Under the pieces are notes generated by a model that was not told the origin of the DNA, searched no databases, and worked only from the letters and a program-made list of their open reading frames with translations. A stretch of 64,000 nucleotides of DNA from Guillardia theta CCMP2712 (Eukaryota > Protista > Cryptophyta), in NCBI RefSeq assembly GCF_000315625.1, contig NW_005434669.1, forward strand, positions 1,049,239 to 1,113,238, written 5' to 3'. Numbering within the stretch: position 1 is the first letter of the stretch; each line of letters starts with the position of its first letter. Below, in pieces: positions 24,786-36,371 of this stretch. The position numbers and the translations under genes were made by a program.

Positions 24786-25295
24786 ATGTTTTCCAATCGT
24801 ATCAGGCTATTCCCAAGGAGAAAGCTGGGCGAGGACGAAGGCCCTCAGAAGGGAAGACTGCCGCTCGTGATTGACATCACGACTCTTCAAAACCTGTACG
24901 GAGTTCCACTCGTTAAGGCTGCAAAGATCCTCGGCATCTCTCTCACCACGCTCAAGCAAGTCTGCCGCAGGCTGGGAATTCAGCGATGGCCATACCAGAA
25001 ACCTCGCAAGGTCGAGACCGTTTTGCTGCCCCCGTCACTCACTGATAGGGCGATCAAGAGCTCCCTGTCCGATGTCGGTGATGGTGTAGATGAGACTGTC
25101 GAGTCTATTGAAGTAGAGCACGAGGACGAATCAGTAGCTGACAGCGAGGCTCATAGAGCTCCTCTTTCTCCTGACTGGGAGATCCGTGACGCCAGCTCCG
25201 AGGACGCTGAAGAATCTTTGGTCCCCGAGGAGCTAGTGCCTATTGCACCTGAGTGGATTCATTGGTACATCGAGTGCACAGACGGGATGGTTTGA
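24786..25295 (+). CDS. RWP-RK transcription factor (short, acidic tail), intronless
   Basis: IRLFPRRK...IDITTLQNLYGVPLVKAAKILGISLTTLKQVCRRLGIQRWPYQK; ATG 24786 preferred over 24465. Confidence 0.9.
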   Translation: MFSNRIRLFPRRKLGEDEGPQKGRLPLVIDITTLQNLYGVPLVKAAKILGISLTTLKQVCRRLGIQRWPYQKPRKVETVLLPPSLTDRAIKSSLSDVGDGVDETVESIEVEHEDESVADSEAHRAPLSPDWEIRDASSEDAEESLVPEELVPIAPEWIHWYIECTDGMV

Positions 25296-25599
25296 TATCA
25301 GACGATTTTGTTCTTTTTGCAAGAGCGATGGGTATATCATAGATTTAAATAGTTTCGTAGGAATTGCGAAAGCGCCTTGTTATGTAAAACTCAGATTAAA
25401 CATGAAGACATTTCCATACCATGATTTCGCTCGGTCCTGTCATTCTCGTCAGAATCGATGTAGTTTTCATCATACGCATAGTTCAATTATGCATACATTT
25501 CGAACTTTAATAGACGAACTGATATCTCTTCACTAAATCCAATTTTTTCACAACACGAAAATTCATGTGTAACAGTACGATGTCTTAGCGAATACTCAA

Positions 25600-26972
25600 A
25601 AATCCTCCACAGCATAATAAAGACATAGCGTAGTATGATGGCATAACGTAAATTCGAGATGCGATACACTCGATGCGATGTAGGTCTGCGGCTGACAACT
25701 CGAAGTGTTGTTCTAAAAAGGTCCTCATCTCATCGCAGATGATCAGCGGAGAATCATCAGGTGTGGTGAGTTCCCTTGTGCGCGAGCTAGCTTCCTTGAG
25801 CTTACACCTCGTACTCTTGCAGTGCTACCAGTAAAGGAGAGACCATCATTACCTGATAGCCTCTGTCTTCTACCAGGATTGTCGTTCTGTCGTATGCAAT
25901 GAGCAGGAATGTTCAAAGACTAGTATGTTGCGTTATTGGAGCGATACTCACCATAGATTCTTGAGTGAATTTCTCAATTTGTTTTTGATTGCTAACTTTG
26001 CTGAAGAGCAAGGAGTCTCTCCATGCTGCTCGCAATGCTCAGATTGTTCTTGATCCCACGTTACCTATCCCGAGATGTGCGGTGCGGGTTGCTGCAAAGG
26101 GGTCATTGGTACAAGTTCATCCTTACCAAGATGCTTTTGAGCCTTGTTTCCTCGAAAACAGCCAAAGCTTGCAAGCAAGGAACTTAGAGCTAGATTTTGA
26201 TAGCGTGGTTAGCAGAATTGATTCAGAACATCTCTGATTATGACAAACCAGCCTTGTCCACGCACATAACGCTGTTGATTGATTACAGTCCAAGGAATGC
26301 ATGACAGAAGGTATCAAGGTACTTGTTTTTACAATGATGCTAAGATCTAGTATCGTATTAGATACAGCAGCAGTATCATAGTAGTATCATAGTAGGATCA
26401 TAGTACTATGATTCCAGTATCATATCGAGATCATACGATTGTCGATTCAGTGTCATATCAGTATGATATCAGTATGATATCAGTATCAAATCAACCACAC
26501 CCCTCTGCTTTGATACAGCAGCTAAGTGCACGGCTGCACTTGTGCGATCTCATTAAGTTTTCTGATAAAGGAACACTGGTGCATGATTGGCGGAGGCGGA
26601 GAAAATTCATGATGATCACGCTCCAGAATCCTTTTTCAGGAAACGCTTGCTGTATTCTAGAAAATACTGATTACTTCTACATTCAGATTTTCGCTATTGG
26701 AACGTTCAGAAGGATTGATGCTCCATTGACTGGGCAACTTGAATGTTGTATCAGCTTTAAGGTACAATTTTCTTCTCTATTCATCTCAACTTGTAATTCT
26801 CTTCGAAAGGCTTTCTACAACCCTCACACACGATGATTCTCTGTGAGACTTTAAGCAAGTGTCGTCTATCTTCTCGATTCAGCGAACTGATCTCTTGCTC
26901 CTCCTCGCGCATCGCCATACACATGCAATAGCATCGAGCAAATGCTGGTCCGTCGGGGAGGCTGAAAAACAA
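25600..26972 (-). CDS. Probable multi-exon gene of unknown function
   Basis: Short open segments bounded by GT/AG (AMREEEQEISSLNREDRRHLLK; KQIEKFTQESM; ELTTPDDSPLIICDEMRTFLEQHFEL); no family recognised; bounds approximate. Confidence 0.35.
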
Positions 26973-27043
26973 TTGAAGCTTTTCTCTAAATGTTCAATTC
27001 ATAATTGGTGTAAATTCAACTTTGGCAATAGATAGTCACTCAA

Positions 27044-27171
<128 letters not shown>

Positions 27172-27417
27172 ATGGTAGGGAGACAACGAACAAGAATATG
27201 GAGATGAATATGAGAAAGAGCAACAAGCAGCATATAGAATGCCTTGTCCAAGGGATTGAACTTTAAAGGCGACAGTGGCAGCCGTTGAAGATCATTCGTG
27301 GAGGCATCGACAGTTGGCTTGCTATCTTGTTGCCATAACAAAGACGATGAGGAAGACAACGGTCGCCGAGGTCGTCGAAATTTGATCACGCACATTCTTG
27401 CTTCAGAAGCCCTGGGC

Positions 27418-28901
27418 ATGGATGGTCCAGCTCGTCTCGAGCCGTCTACAAGAGAGAATCTAAGGGGCGCCCCTTCAGGCGAGTATCTGCGCAACATGGA
27501 GCTGCCTGTAGTAGTGTCCGAACAATCGGCAACGCAGAGCATTGAGGAAAGCGTGGCTGAGTCAGGAGATAGTGTCTGGTGGCGACTTTTCAAGTTTGTG
27601 GTTCTTGTTGGAATCATTGTCGGATTGTATGAGCTGAGCGTGAAGGTAATTTCAATCCCCATCATGTAAATAACTGATTGCCTGCATGCAAAGCTTGGAT
27701 CTCTCACTCTCGACTTGAGGTTGGATATCAAGGTGATCTGATAGCAAACTTCTCAGTTTTGACATGTGCTGCAGAAAAAAGTCCCGATATGGTCGATATG
27801 CGTCACATTTGTTATTCTCAATATTGTGTACAAGCTTCTTCCAGTGCTTTACCTGTGCCTTCCTCTCAATCTGGTGGCGGAAGTCGCGCTTGCGGACAAG
27901 TTAGGACCAGAGAAAGCAACGATAATCATGCAAGCAATGATGGCTTCTGATGCCATAGTGTTCTACGTCCTGCACATCCGATGGAAGGATACGGTGGACG
28001 AAATCCTTGCTGGACGAATGTGGTGGATGCCTTCGGAGCTCGTGAGTTTCTGAATCATATGAGAACTTGGATGATCTTTAGTCCTGTTTGGATGTCTCAG
28101 TGTGAATGTTTATCTTTTGCGCTTTGATCGCTTGTCTTGCGCTACCTTGATAATGTGTCAAGGTCCGCGCTATCCGAGTGCTTGACAGGGGATGGCGGCA
28201 ACACACCAGATCTGTGCCTGTATATCATCAGGTGGCGGTTGGTTGGAAGTTTTGAATCGTCTGAGAGATGGTCAGGCCGCCATTGTCTTCCTGTTCATGG
28301 CATGTTACTTCATGGATGACTTGGTCAATCTCATGTGGCTAAGTGAGTTTTCTGCCTGCATAAGAGCTCATGGGTTGTGATGGTATGTAGGTACTCGATC
28401 CGGTATCACATTTCCTGTCTTCCTTGTTGGATTTCTCCCTGGACTCGCTGCGGAGTATCCCAAACAAGTGTTGCGTCTAAGGTAAAGGGAGAGATTTCTA
28501 TGAGGCGACCTGAAGGGATCCGCAGGATTGTTATCTCTGTAGCAGATGTCATTGGATCAGGTTCCAGCAACATCTTCTCTATCCTTACCAGCAAAGATCT
28601 ACAAGAGAGATTGCAACTGACTCCTGCATTTGTACGTTTCCCCTGTCGGCTGTTATCTTTCCCTTGATGACAAGACTCACAGATTGTGATCTTTGTTCTC
28701 GTCAACATTGTTCCTACTTTTATTGTTTACATCGCCCACATCAATTTCATTCTCCGTGCGGTCGTCAGCTGCTACAAGAGAAAGTCAAGTCGAAATGCGC
28801 ACGCACCAGATGACAATGAAGCTTTTGCACCTGGAAGTGACAGCGGCGAAATAGAAATCGGCTCAGCACATGCCGAACAGGATAAGAAGGAAGAGGACTA
28901 A
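27418..28901 (+). CDS. Multi-pass membrane protein, possibly DedA/TVP38(VTT)-like
   Basis: Hydrophobic exons WWRLFKFVVLVGIIVGLY; WSICVTFVILNIVYKLLPVLYLCLP..ALADKLG..AIVFYVL; AIVFLFMACY; ITFPVFLVGFLPG; IVIFVLVNIVPTFIVY. Family call is by pattern only. Confidence 0.55.
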
Positions 28902-29171
28902 CGCGTCCTGTTACTCAAGGATCGTATGTTTGATCGCTACTTTGATCGCTAGTTTTTGTGTACAGTTTGTTATTTTTCCTTTTCGTTGAAAACCCTGAGT
29001 GGAATGACGATTTGGTGTGCGGTTTCAAACTGATTTTATTTACATCAAGTCTGCATGCATTTGCCTAGAGTCGCATGTTATCGTTGGTAGTTTACCATTG
29101 TCTCTATGTGTTGAGACTTTCACCTACCAAAGCCCGTCGCTCAGCATAAATATACACAACAAAACCATGAT

Positions 29172-30096
29172 CTACCAGGTGATCCCAGGCACTCTAGCTC
29201 TGAATTCTGGGCAAGTCTCGGGAATGACACAAATAGAAGTATCTGCAGACCATCAGAACAGACGAAAGGCACACGAAACAACATTACTTGATCCAAGATT
29301 CGGAAACGCACTCGCTGGGATTTCTGGATTGAGCTGTTTGAGCAGGTCCAGCGAGATTCCAAATCGAACTGAGGAAGAGAAGAAGTAAACACATACGACA
29401 TCCACGACGCGAGAAGAACCTGAGAGGAGCATGAGGGTGTCTCCATCCGTCGTCGAGTAGATGATCCCTAGATTGATCTCCTGCCCCTGCATATCCATCA
29501 TCATCTCCAACTCCAACCCCCTTCAAACCCACCGCGCTGATCTTGTCTGGACTGAGCAGGAAAGGATTCACCGACCAGATTTGAGACCAGTGCCGATTGT
29601 AGAGGCCTGCGATGCTCTCCAGAGTCTGATCCTCCGATAGACACATCTTGCACTTATTCACCGTCACCCGCAACAATGATGAGGTGTCGCAGGTCGGCAC
29701 AAACACGTTCAGCAAGTAGGTTTGTGCTGAATGAACGAGCTCGGGAGTCCAGACAACACGAGAGACGTAATATATCATGTTTGTGAAGGCTTCAGTCTTA
29801 GGCGGAGAGCTGGCAAACTGCGTGCTCTGCAGACTAGGTAATGAAACGCCCATGACAACATCGTGTGTGAGTTTGACCGAATTCGTGTCCAAAGACAGGC
29901 CAGGCTTTACGTGGAAGTTCAGATCTACTGTCAAGGTGCACCCGACGGAAGTTGTTCTGTAGAGTTGAGACGAGGCAACCTCAAACTGCGGGCAAGTAAC
30001 GTTGGACGCGACTGCGGGTTGAGCGACGACGACGCAAAGCAAGAGGAGTATCGGAGACAAAATAAGCTTGAGGCCACAGAGAGCAGTGGATGGCAT
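29172..30096 (-). CDS. Secreted protein with two C-terminal LysM-like domains
   Basis: Signal peptide (ILLLLCVVVAQPAVA); LSEDQTLESIAGLYNRHWSQIWSVNPFLLSPDKISA/GQEINL and YSTTDGDTLMLLS/VRFGISLDLLKQLNP...ICVIP. Confidence 0.78.
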
Positions 30097-30696
30097 CGAG
30101 CTAGTCCAGGATTACAGCCGAGAACGCTGCTAATCAGTCGCACACTAGCTCTTCTGCTTCCACAGAAGTTACCAACTCCTAGATTCCAGGAGCGATTCAA
30201 AGCTCTGTGGTTTGACAACGAGTGGAGCGCGAGAAAGATACTGATGATGCAATGACAAGGGATGATAGATAATGAAGACAATGCAGAAACACCGATGTCT
30301 CTAGGAGGACAGATCGCTGCCATGCGGCAGCCGCTCCTCCTGTTCTGGTTCAGCCCCTGCCATTATGGCTTTTGGTGGTGAAACGTAGACAGTTGAAGAG
30401 ATAACGTATTTGTAACGTCGGAAGTAACGGAGAAATGTCGACAATCCATATAAGGGGTTCTTACCCCTTGTTTTGAAGGTGAAAGTACCGGTATAATTGG
30501 AAGCGGTGGGATCCCCTGCAGAACTCGCCAGTGATTAGTTGGTAGGGTGGGGTCTTACACCGGGAGTCCTCAAAGGGCTGGGGTATAGACTAGTGAGTAA
30601 TTAATTAGTGTCTCAATCAAGAAAATGACAATCTTGTGATGATCTCCAAAGAGTTTGGCAGGCAGTTGTTCAGTAAGCACTCAAAGCAGCCTCGCA

Positions 30697-31905
30697 ATGC
30701 TCAAGGCGCTGTTTCTCGTATCCACCGCCATGACGGCGCAGGCGTTCCTGCTCTCGCCGTCGTCCTCCGTCTCCTCTGCCTCTCATCGCCTTCCAGACGT
30801 GTCTGCGCGTGATGGGACGAGCAGCTGGAGAGCCTCTCCCTTGTCGTTGAAGGCTCAACAAGATCCCGAATGTCGTCGTAAATTCATGCGCAACTTTGCG
30901 GCTGCTGGAATGCCTCTCCTCCTCCTCGATTACTCTCGAGAGGCGCATGCATACAACTTTGATGTCAAGGAAGGAGACAAGGCACGCCAGGATTACTTGG
31001 AGGACGTGGCTTCGATGAAGAAGGCTCGATGGAACCGACAGGTAAAATGAGACGTGATAGAGGGATTCTGATGGCGGGAGCAGCCAACGCGCCTGGACAT
31101 CGAGAGAACTCTTCCTAAGATGGCGCCAGTGAAGGGCATCATGGATCAAGTGAGAAGTGCACTGGAAAAGGGGGATGTGGCGAATGTTGCAACCATCATC
31201 GGAGATCAGAGCATTGAGTTCACGAAGAGGAACTCGAATCTCGGTGTCGACATCCCTGAGTTGCAGGTGACGCAATACTGATGATATTGCCTTGACTCAA
31301 TGAGATAAACAGGTTGCGAAGCCCTACATGTATCGATATGCTCAGGCCTTCAGTGGTGCGAAGGAATCAGCTCTTACCAAGGATATCAAGGTGTGTTCTG
31401 TCGTGTGAAGCTTGCATCCCAGATCGAATCTTCATCTTACTTCCTCTTGATTCAAAGGACTTTCTCGATGCCTATTTCAACGCCATGACCAAAACGAGAG
31501 AATCAGCTCTCAGCGGAGATAAGGAGGGAACTAAGGTTGGTCTAAAGCACACGTGAAGCTTTCGCTGATCTCTTCCTCCCCTTCTAGGCAAGCTTTCAGA
31601 GCGCAGAAGATGCTTTGAAAGGACTTGTATGGAGGCGTTTCTTGAGGGATCCCTGGCCTAACGCGGATCCTCAGGTGGAAGCTGTTGACAAGGAGACACT
31701 GAATGGGCGTCTGAACAGCATCAAGGTAGGAACAGCCAGGAAGTCTTTTAACGCCTCATCCTGCCTTCAGGTTTCCCTTGGGTTTCTGATCGGTAGGGAG
31801 CAGCTTGGCAGCGTTAAGGTTGTCGAAGAGAACATGAAGGAGATGCGCCGAAGAGAGAAGGAGGGAGTGTATCCATCGGGCGATCCCACCAAGAAGTTTC
31901 TCTAA
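30697..31905 (+). CDS. Nucleus-encoded plastid thylakoid-lumen protein (signal + transit + twin-Arg leader), possibly PsbQ-like helical bundle
   Basis: MLKALFLVSTAMTAQA|FLLSPSSSVSS (Phe at +1, Ser-rich transit), then RRKFMRNFAAAGMPLLLLDYSREAHA|; the mature part looks helical. Confidence 0.7.
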
Positions 31906-32375
31906 GTGCTTTGAATCCGAATGCAACGGTCATGATTCAAGGTCCTTGGTGTTAGAGTTGTCTGCACCTCTATCCGACTGTCTGTGCTGTTTGATCTTGA
32001 CCAGTAGAGCACAGACAATAGAAACGAAGCACTGCTTCTTCAATGGGACAAGAAAAGAATGAATGACTGGGCTGAGGAAGGTCCTATATATCTTTACAGG
32101 CAGAATCTTACATCCAACATCACACATTACTTGTGTGAGTCGTTGCAGAATCGAAATCCAGTTAGTCAGCGTTTGATGTTTCATTTTGCGTGTACTGTTC
32201 CTGCAGCGAACAAGCAAGATTGCAAGTTGCATCTGTGTTCAACTTCCTCCGGGCACATTTTGAAAAGAAATCTTGAGATTTGACAAATTAGATTCAGCTT
32301 GACAGATTGCAGTGATCTCTTTATTTACAGAAGTGTGCTTTGAAAACTCGAGCTGCACGAACACTCTCACTCGAG

Positions 32376-32909
32376 TCATAGGAGAGAGAAATAAGGGTCG
32401 ATCAGATTGGGCTCAGGTTCCAGCAGACCCTCGAGCTCATTCTCTATCTCGCTACTATATTCCATGTCAACGTTTAGGAACTCGCTTCCTGACTCGGTTG
32501 CTTCCTCGCTGTCCCAGCCAGGTTGAGTGCTGATGCTGGGCTGCAATTCAAAGATCAGGGCGTCTGTAGGGAGCGGTAAGACATCCACTTCCTCCGATGA
32601 GAAGCTGCAGATCTCGCTAACATCTTCAAGAGGTTCGCTCGTTTTATCAGTCTTGATGTTGACCATCTCTTTGTGCGAAGGCTTCTGGTATGGCCACCGC
32701 CCTACCCCCAGCTTCCTGCAAAGCTGCTTCATCGCCGTCACCGAGATCCCCAGGAGCTTGCTGGCCTCCTCCTGCGGGAGTCCGAAGAGCGGCTGGAGGG
32801 TGGAGATGTCGACCATGAGAGCCTTGCCCTTGTAGGGCTTGGAGTCTTGGAAGGCCTTTCGCCTCGGGAAGATTCGAACCTGCAATCCTTCCTCTTGTAG
32901 GCTTGCCAT
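32376..32909 (-). CDS. RWP-RK transcription factor, cluster copy 1
   Basis: VRIFPRRK..VDISTLQPLFGLPQEEASKLLGISVTAMKQLCRKLGVGRWPYQK plus acidic tail. Confidence 0.92.
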   Translation of the reverse strand: MASLQEEGLQVRIFPRRKAFQDSKPYKGKALMVDISTLQPLFGLPQEEASKLLGISVTAMKQLCRKLGVGRWPYQKPSHKEMVNIKTDKTSEPLEDVSEICSFSSEEVDVLPLPTDALIFELQPSISTQPGWDSEEATESGSEFLNVDMEYSSEIENELEGLLEPEPNLIDPYFSLL

Positions 32910-33006
32910 GGCGCGCTATTTTCTGTTGGATGGTGTAGAGAGTGTGTGAAGGAGTGTTTGTAGACTTATGCAGATATGCAGCCAAGGTGATCGATCGATG
33001 GATGTC

Positions 33007-33051
33007 GGTGCCTTACAAGTGGACTAGGTGCCTTACAAGTGGACTAGGTGC
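33007..33051. repeat. Perfect 20-bp tandem duplication upstream of RWP-RK copy 1
   Basis: ggtgccttacaagtggacta x2 + ggtgc. Confidence 0.9.
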
Positions 33052-33369
33052 GTTCGAGCTTTTATGCTCGCCTGCTCCTTCCTGGATCCGTCGGTCGCTT
33101 TATTCGAAAATATATATTTTCATGAAAACATGAGGCATCAAGGTGGCATTGCTTACATTGCTGACAGATGACCCGACCATACTTGTACCGATGTTTTAAT
33201 CCATACAAAACAGAAATATGCGATATGACCCATTTCCAGTTGGCATGCGTCCTTTCACCAGTAGTAATGTCAGACCTGCTACCCGCTAGTCATCCGGTAC
33301 CGACTGGTCACTCGATTCGGAGATATATCCAATATAATATATATATATATATATGCAGTAAAGTTTGAC

Positions 33370-34130
33370 TGGCAGTTGGTCACCCGGGTGACATTCCAAG
33401 TGACTCCGCCTTTGGTGGAGTAAAGGGCGCCCCGAATTTTTAGTGCGGCGGATTGTCCTACTAGGCTACCTCGTACTGATTTTTAACTTAACTTTGTTGC
33501 CACAGTCCGACCCGGCGCGGGGGGAATGGTCGGACAAGTGTACCGTACTGATTTTGCTGAGGATCCGAGTGAGCCGTTTGGTTCTGAGCGAGTCCGATCA
33601 GGCTCGCTGTCTTTCAAGTCTCTCAGAGTCTCGCCCCGTTAGCCTCCTGGGAGTCAGTGTGACGGTGCGACACAGTGTTGGGGTCAAGCCTCCTGAGTCG
33701 ACTCTCAGTCTGGCCCGAGCCTGATTGTCCGTCGGACGGTCACTGAGGCGAGTCTTACTACGGCGGTACCGTCACGCCGGAATACTGTAACTACTTGACA
33801 GACGGTGACCAAACTTGTGCCGCAGCAGTGACCGCACATGAAGTGGATCCGGAATCCAGAATCCGATCATGGATCGACGGACTTGAAGGGGCTGGATGAG
33901 GGTCGTAGCCTGGCCGGATAGGGAGTCAACTTCAATCCATCATCATGGCAGTCTACACTGTGGATCCCCGAGCCGCCCGCGGGCGCGGCCCGGCGCCTGG
34001 TGGCGCAAGCACTGGCGGCACCGAGTCCGGGTGCTGCCAGGGTCAAAGTCGGAACTTCCGAAGTTCAAGCCGCCGCTGAGGGTTCCTTCCTGGCCGAGTT
34101 TTCTAGGCAATGACTCCAGGACTTCGGGAG
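33370..34130. repeat. Palindrome/micro-repeat-dense intergenic block
   Basis: ggtcacccgggtgac, ctgagtcgactctcag, tccgtcggacgg, gccgcccgcgggcgcggc, aacttccgaagtt. Confidence 0.65.
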
Positions 34131-34412
34131 GCATGCTGACAGCGAAGGACTATGCGGATGCATATTGTTTGTGCGTCTGGTGGGCGCTGCGACTCTAAGA
34201 ATAGAAATGGCAGCTCTCATGTTGTATGCTCATGTTCGACTTGCCAAGTTGCCAGTGAAATAGAGGCATATCTTTGCCCCACATCCTTGCTGGGGAAGCT
34301 CAACAAGGAAATAGTCCCAACATTCAAGGCCCACACGTTTGCACATTGCGTTGTTTATCTTTTGTAAAACAATAGGTTTGATTAATACACGAGATCAGCT
34401 TACACCTTCGAA

Positions 34413-34973
34413 TCAGACAAGGAGATCGCAAGGCTCAATTTCCGAAAAATCCGTCTTGAACAATTGTTCAAGAATCGCCTGGTCTTCCTGTTCACTCCAG
34501 CTCAAGTCGTCCACCTCTTCGGTACGAGGTTCGTTTGGAACCTTTATCATCTGTATCTCGATATCTCTGTTGATAATCTGGTCGGGTGTTGACGATGACT
34601 CATCTGAAAAGTTGCTGCTGCTATCACTTGTGTCGTCCGACACATCAAGAGCTGAAATCGTGCCCATTAAAAGCCCGTCAAACATCTCCTTTTCCTTGCG
34701 TGTGGGCTTCTGGTATGGCCACCGCCCTACCCCCAGCTTCCTGCAAAGCTGCTTCATCGCCGTCACCGAGATCCCCAGGAGCTTGCTGGCCTCCTCCTGC
34801 GGGAGTCCGAAGAGCGGCTGGAGGGTGGAGATGTCGACCATGAGGGCCTTGCCTTTGTGAGGTCGAGCGTCTTGGAAGGCCTTTCGCCTCGGGAAGATGC
34901 GAACTTGTTGTTGTTGTTGTTGTTGAGGATGATGAGGATGAGGATGATGTCTTGGATAATCAATGAAGGACAT
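34413..34973 (-). CDS. RWP-RK transcription factor, cluster copy 2
   Basis: Same domain; His/Pro/Gln N-terminus; different acidic tail. Confidence 0.92.
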   Translation of the reverse strand: MSFIDYPRHHPHPHHPQQQQQQQVRIFPRRKAFQDARPHKGKALMVDISTLQPLFGLPQEEASKLLGISVTAMKQLCRKLGVGRWPYQKPTRKEKEMFDGLLMGTISALDVSDDTSDSSSNFSDESSSTPDQIINRDIEIQMIKVPNEPRTEEVDDLSWSEQEDQAILEQLFKTDFSEIEPCDLLV

Positions 34974-36371
34974 GTCTTGTTAGATGTTGCTAGGAATGAA
35001 AATGGCTCTGATTGGTTGTTCTGTGAACGTCGCAATGATGCTGCGTGGGTGGACCTGGGGGGTAGCGTGTGAAGCGTGGGGTTCGCTCCTTTGTGCACAA
35101 TCCGACGTTGAGTAATAATTACGACGCACCCCCTGTGTTGCGGAAAGGCTTCTTTTCGACTCACGTATCTTCAGTAATGATTCGCGTCCTTTTCATAGGT
35201 ACCTTTCCTGCGCCCTCCTGAACAGGGGGTGGGGGTGGTCGTAGGAGTGATGGTCACATGACTCCCGATGACCATTTCTCATGAAATCTTGTCATTTCGA
35301 TGTCAGCAGCAACCCCGATCGGCCGCACGCAGTACCAAGAAGCGGGCAAGTCGAGTTTTGACCGTCAAGAGGACAGCCGAGGGCCCCCTGGCAGAATCGT
35401 CGGAACAGTACCTTCTTGGTATGAGTACCCCCTCCTTTCCCCGGCTCACCCGGCAAGAAGTCTTTGCCTCAAAGTTTACACCGGGATTCGGAACATGCCC
35501 GAGAGCAAAAATTACGTCGAGTGCGCGCGACCAGAGGATCTTCAAGTTTTTTTTTTTCCAATAAAATCTTTAAAACCTTTTGTACGGAAAGTGTCGAAAG
35601 GGCCGCGTTAGCGTGGGACTGGCGGGAGCTGCTGAGGTGACTCGGTGTAGTAGAAGAGAACGATAGAGCTCCAGAGCTTCTGCTGTCCCTGCTGGGTGCA
35701 TCTTCGTCGTCCTTTCGTGCCCAGGGGAACAAAATGCGAAAGCGTTAGAAACGATCTTTGTGGATCGTCCACCATCTCTCTGACCTATCTGCGAGAACGA
35801 GGGCCAACACTTGTGTTGTCACTTGTTTGGATATGAGACATCTTCCAACGATCTGGAAAGCTCTTATGAGCAGCATCAAGACTCCATGAAGAATAGTTTA
35901 ACAAAAATAAACAGCTTTGTGAATGAAAGACATATATTTCTGACACAAGTGCGATGCCCTTTCGTCGGAGCAAACGCGCCATCTGGTTTACTGCTTGCAG
36001 TATGGAGATCAAGTGGCAATGCACAAAAAAAAATCTGGCTGCGTTTGGTCGATAAACGAAGTAAACGCAAACAAGAGTGCCACGGTTTGTGATGTGTAGA
36101 GTATGTGTGCACAGGAAACGCAGCCACATTGTCAATTTCTGGCATTCCATGCTTGATTCGAGATCAACCAATGACGACAGATTGTCCGAGAATTACTGTG
36201 GCTGTAGAAACTACTATGGGAAAAACACTCTGCACATTCCGTTCCACAACGCTAAAGCATGCACATCCAGATTATCAACATGATAAACAAAGCATGGTTT
36301 ATGACATATCTTATATTTTATTTTCGAAGATTTGCACTGTACAAAGGGTGTTTTACAGGTTGGAAACCTCT

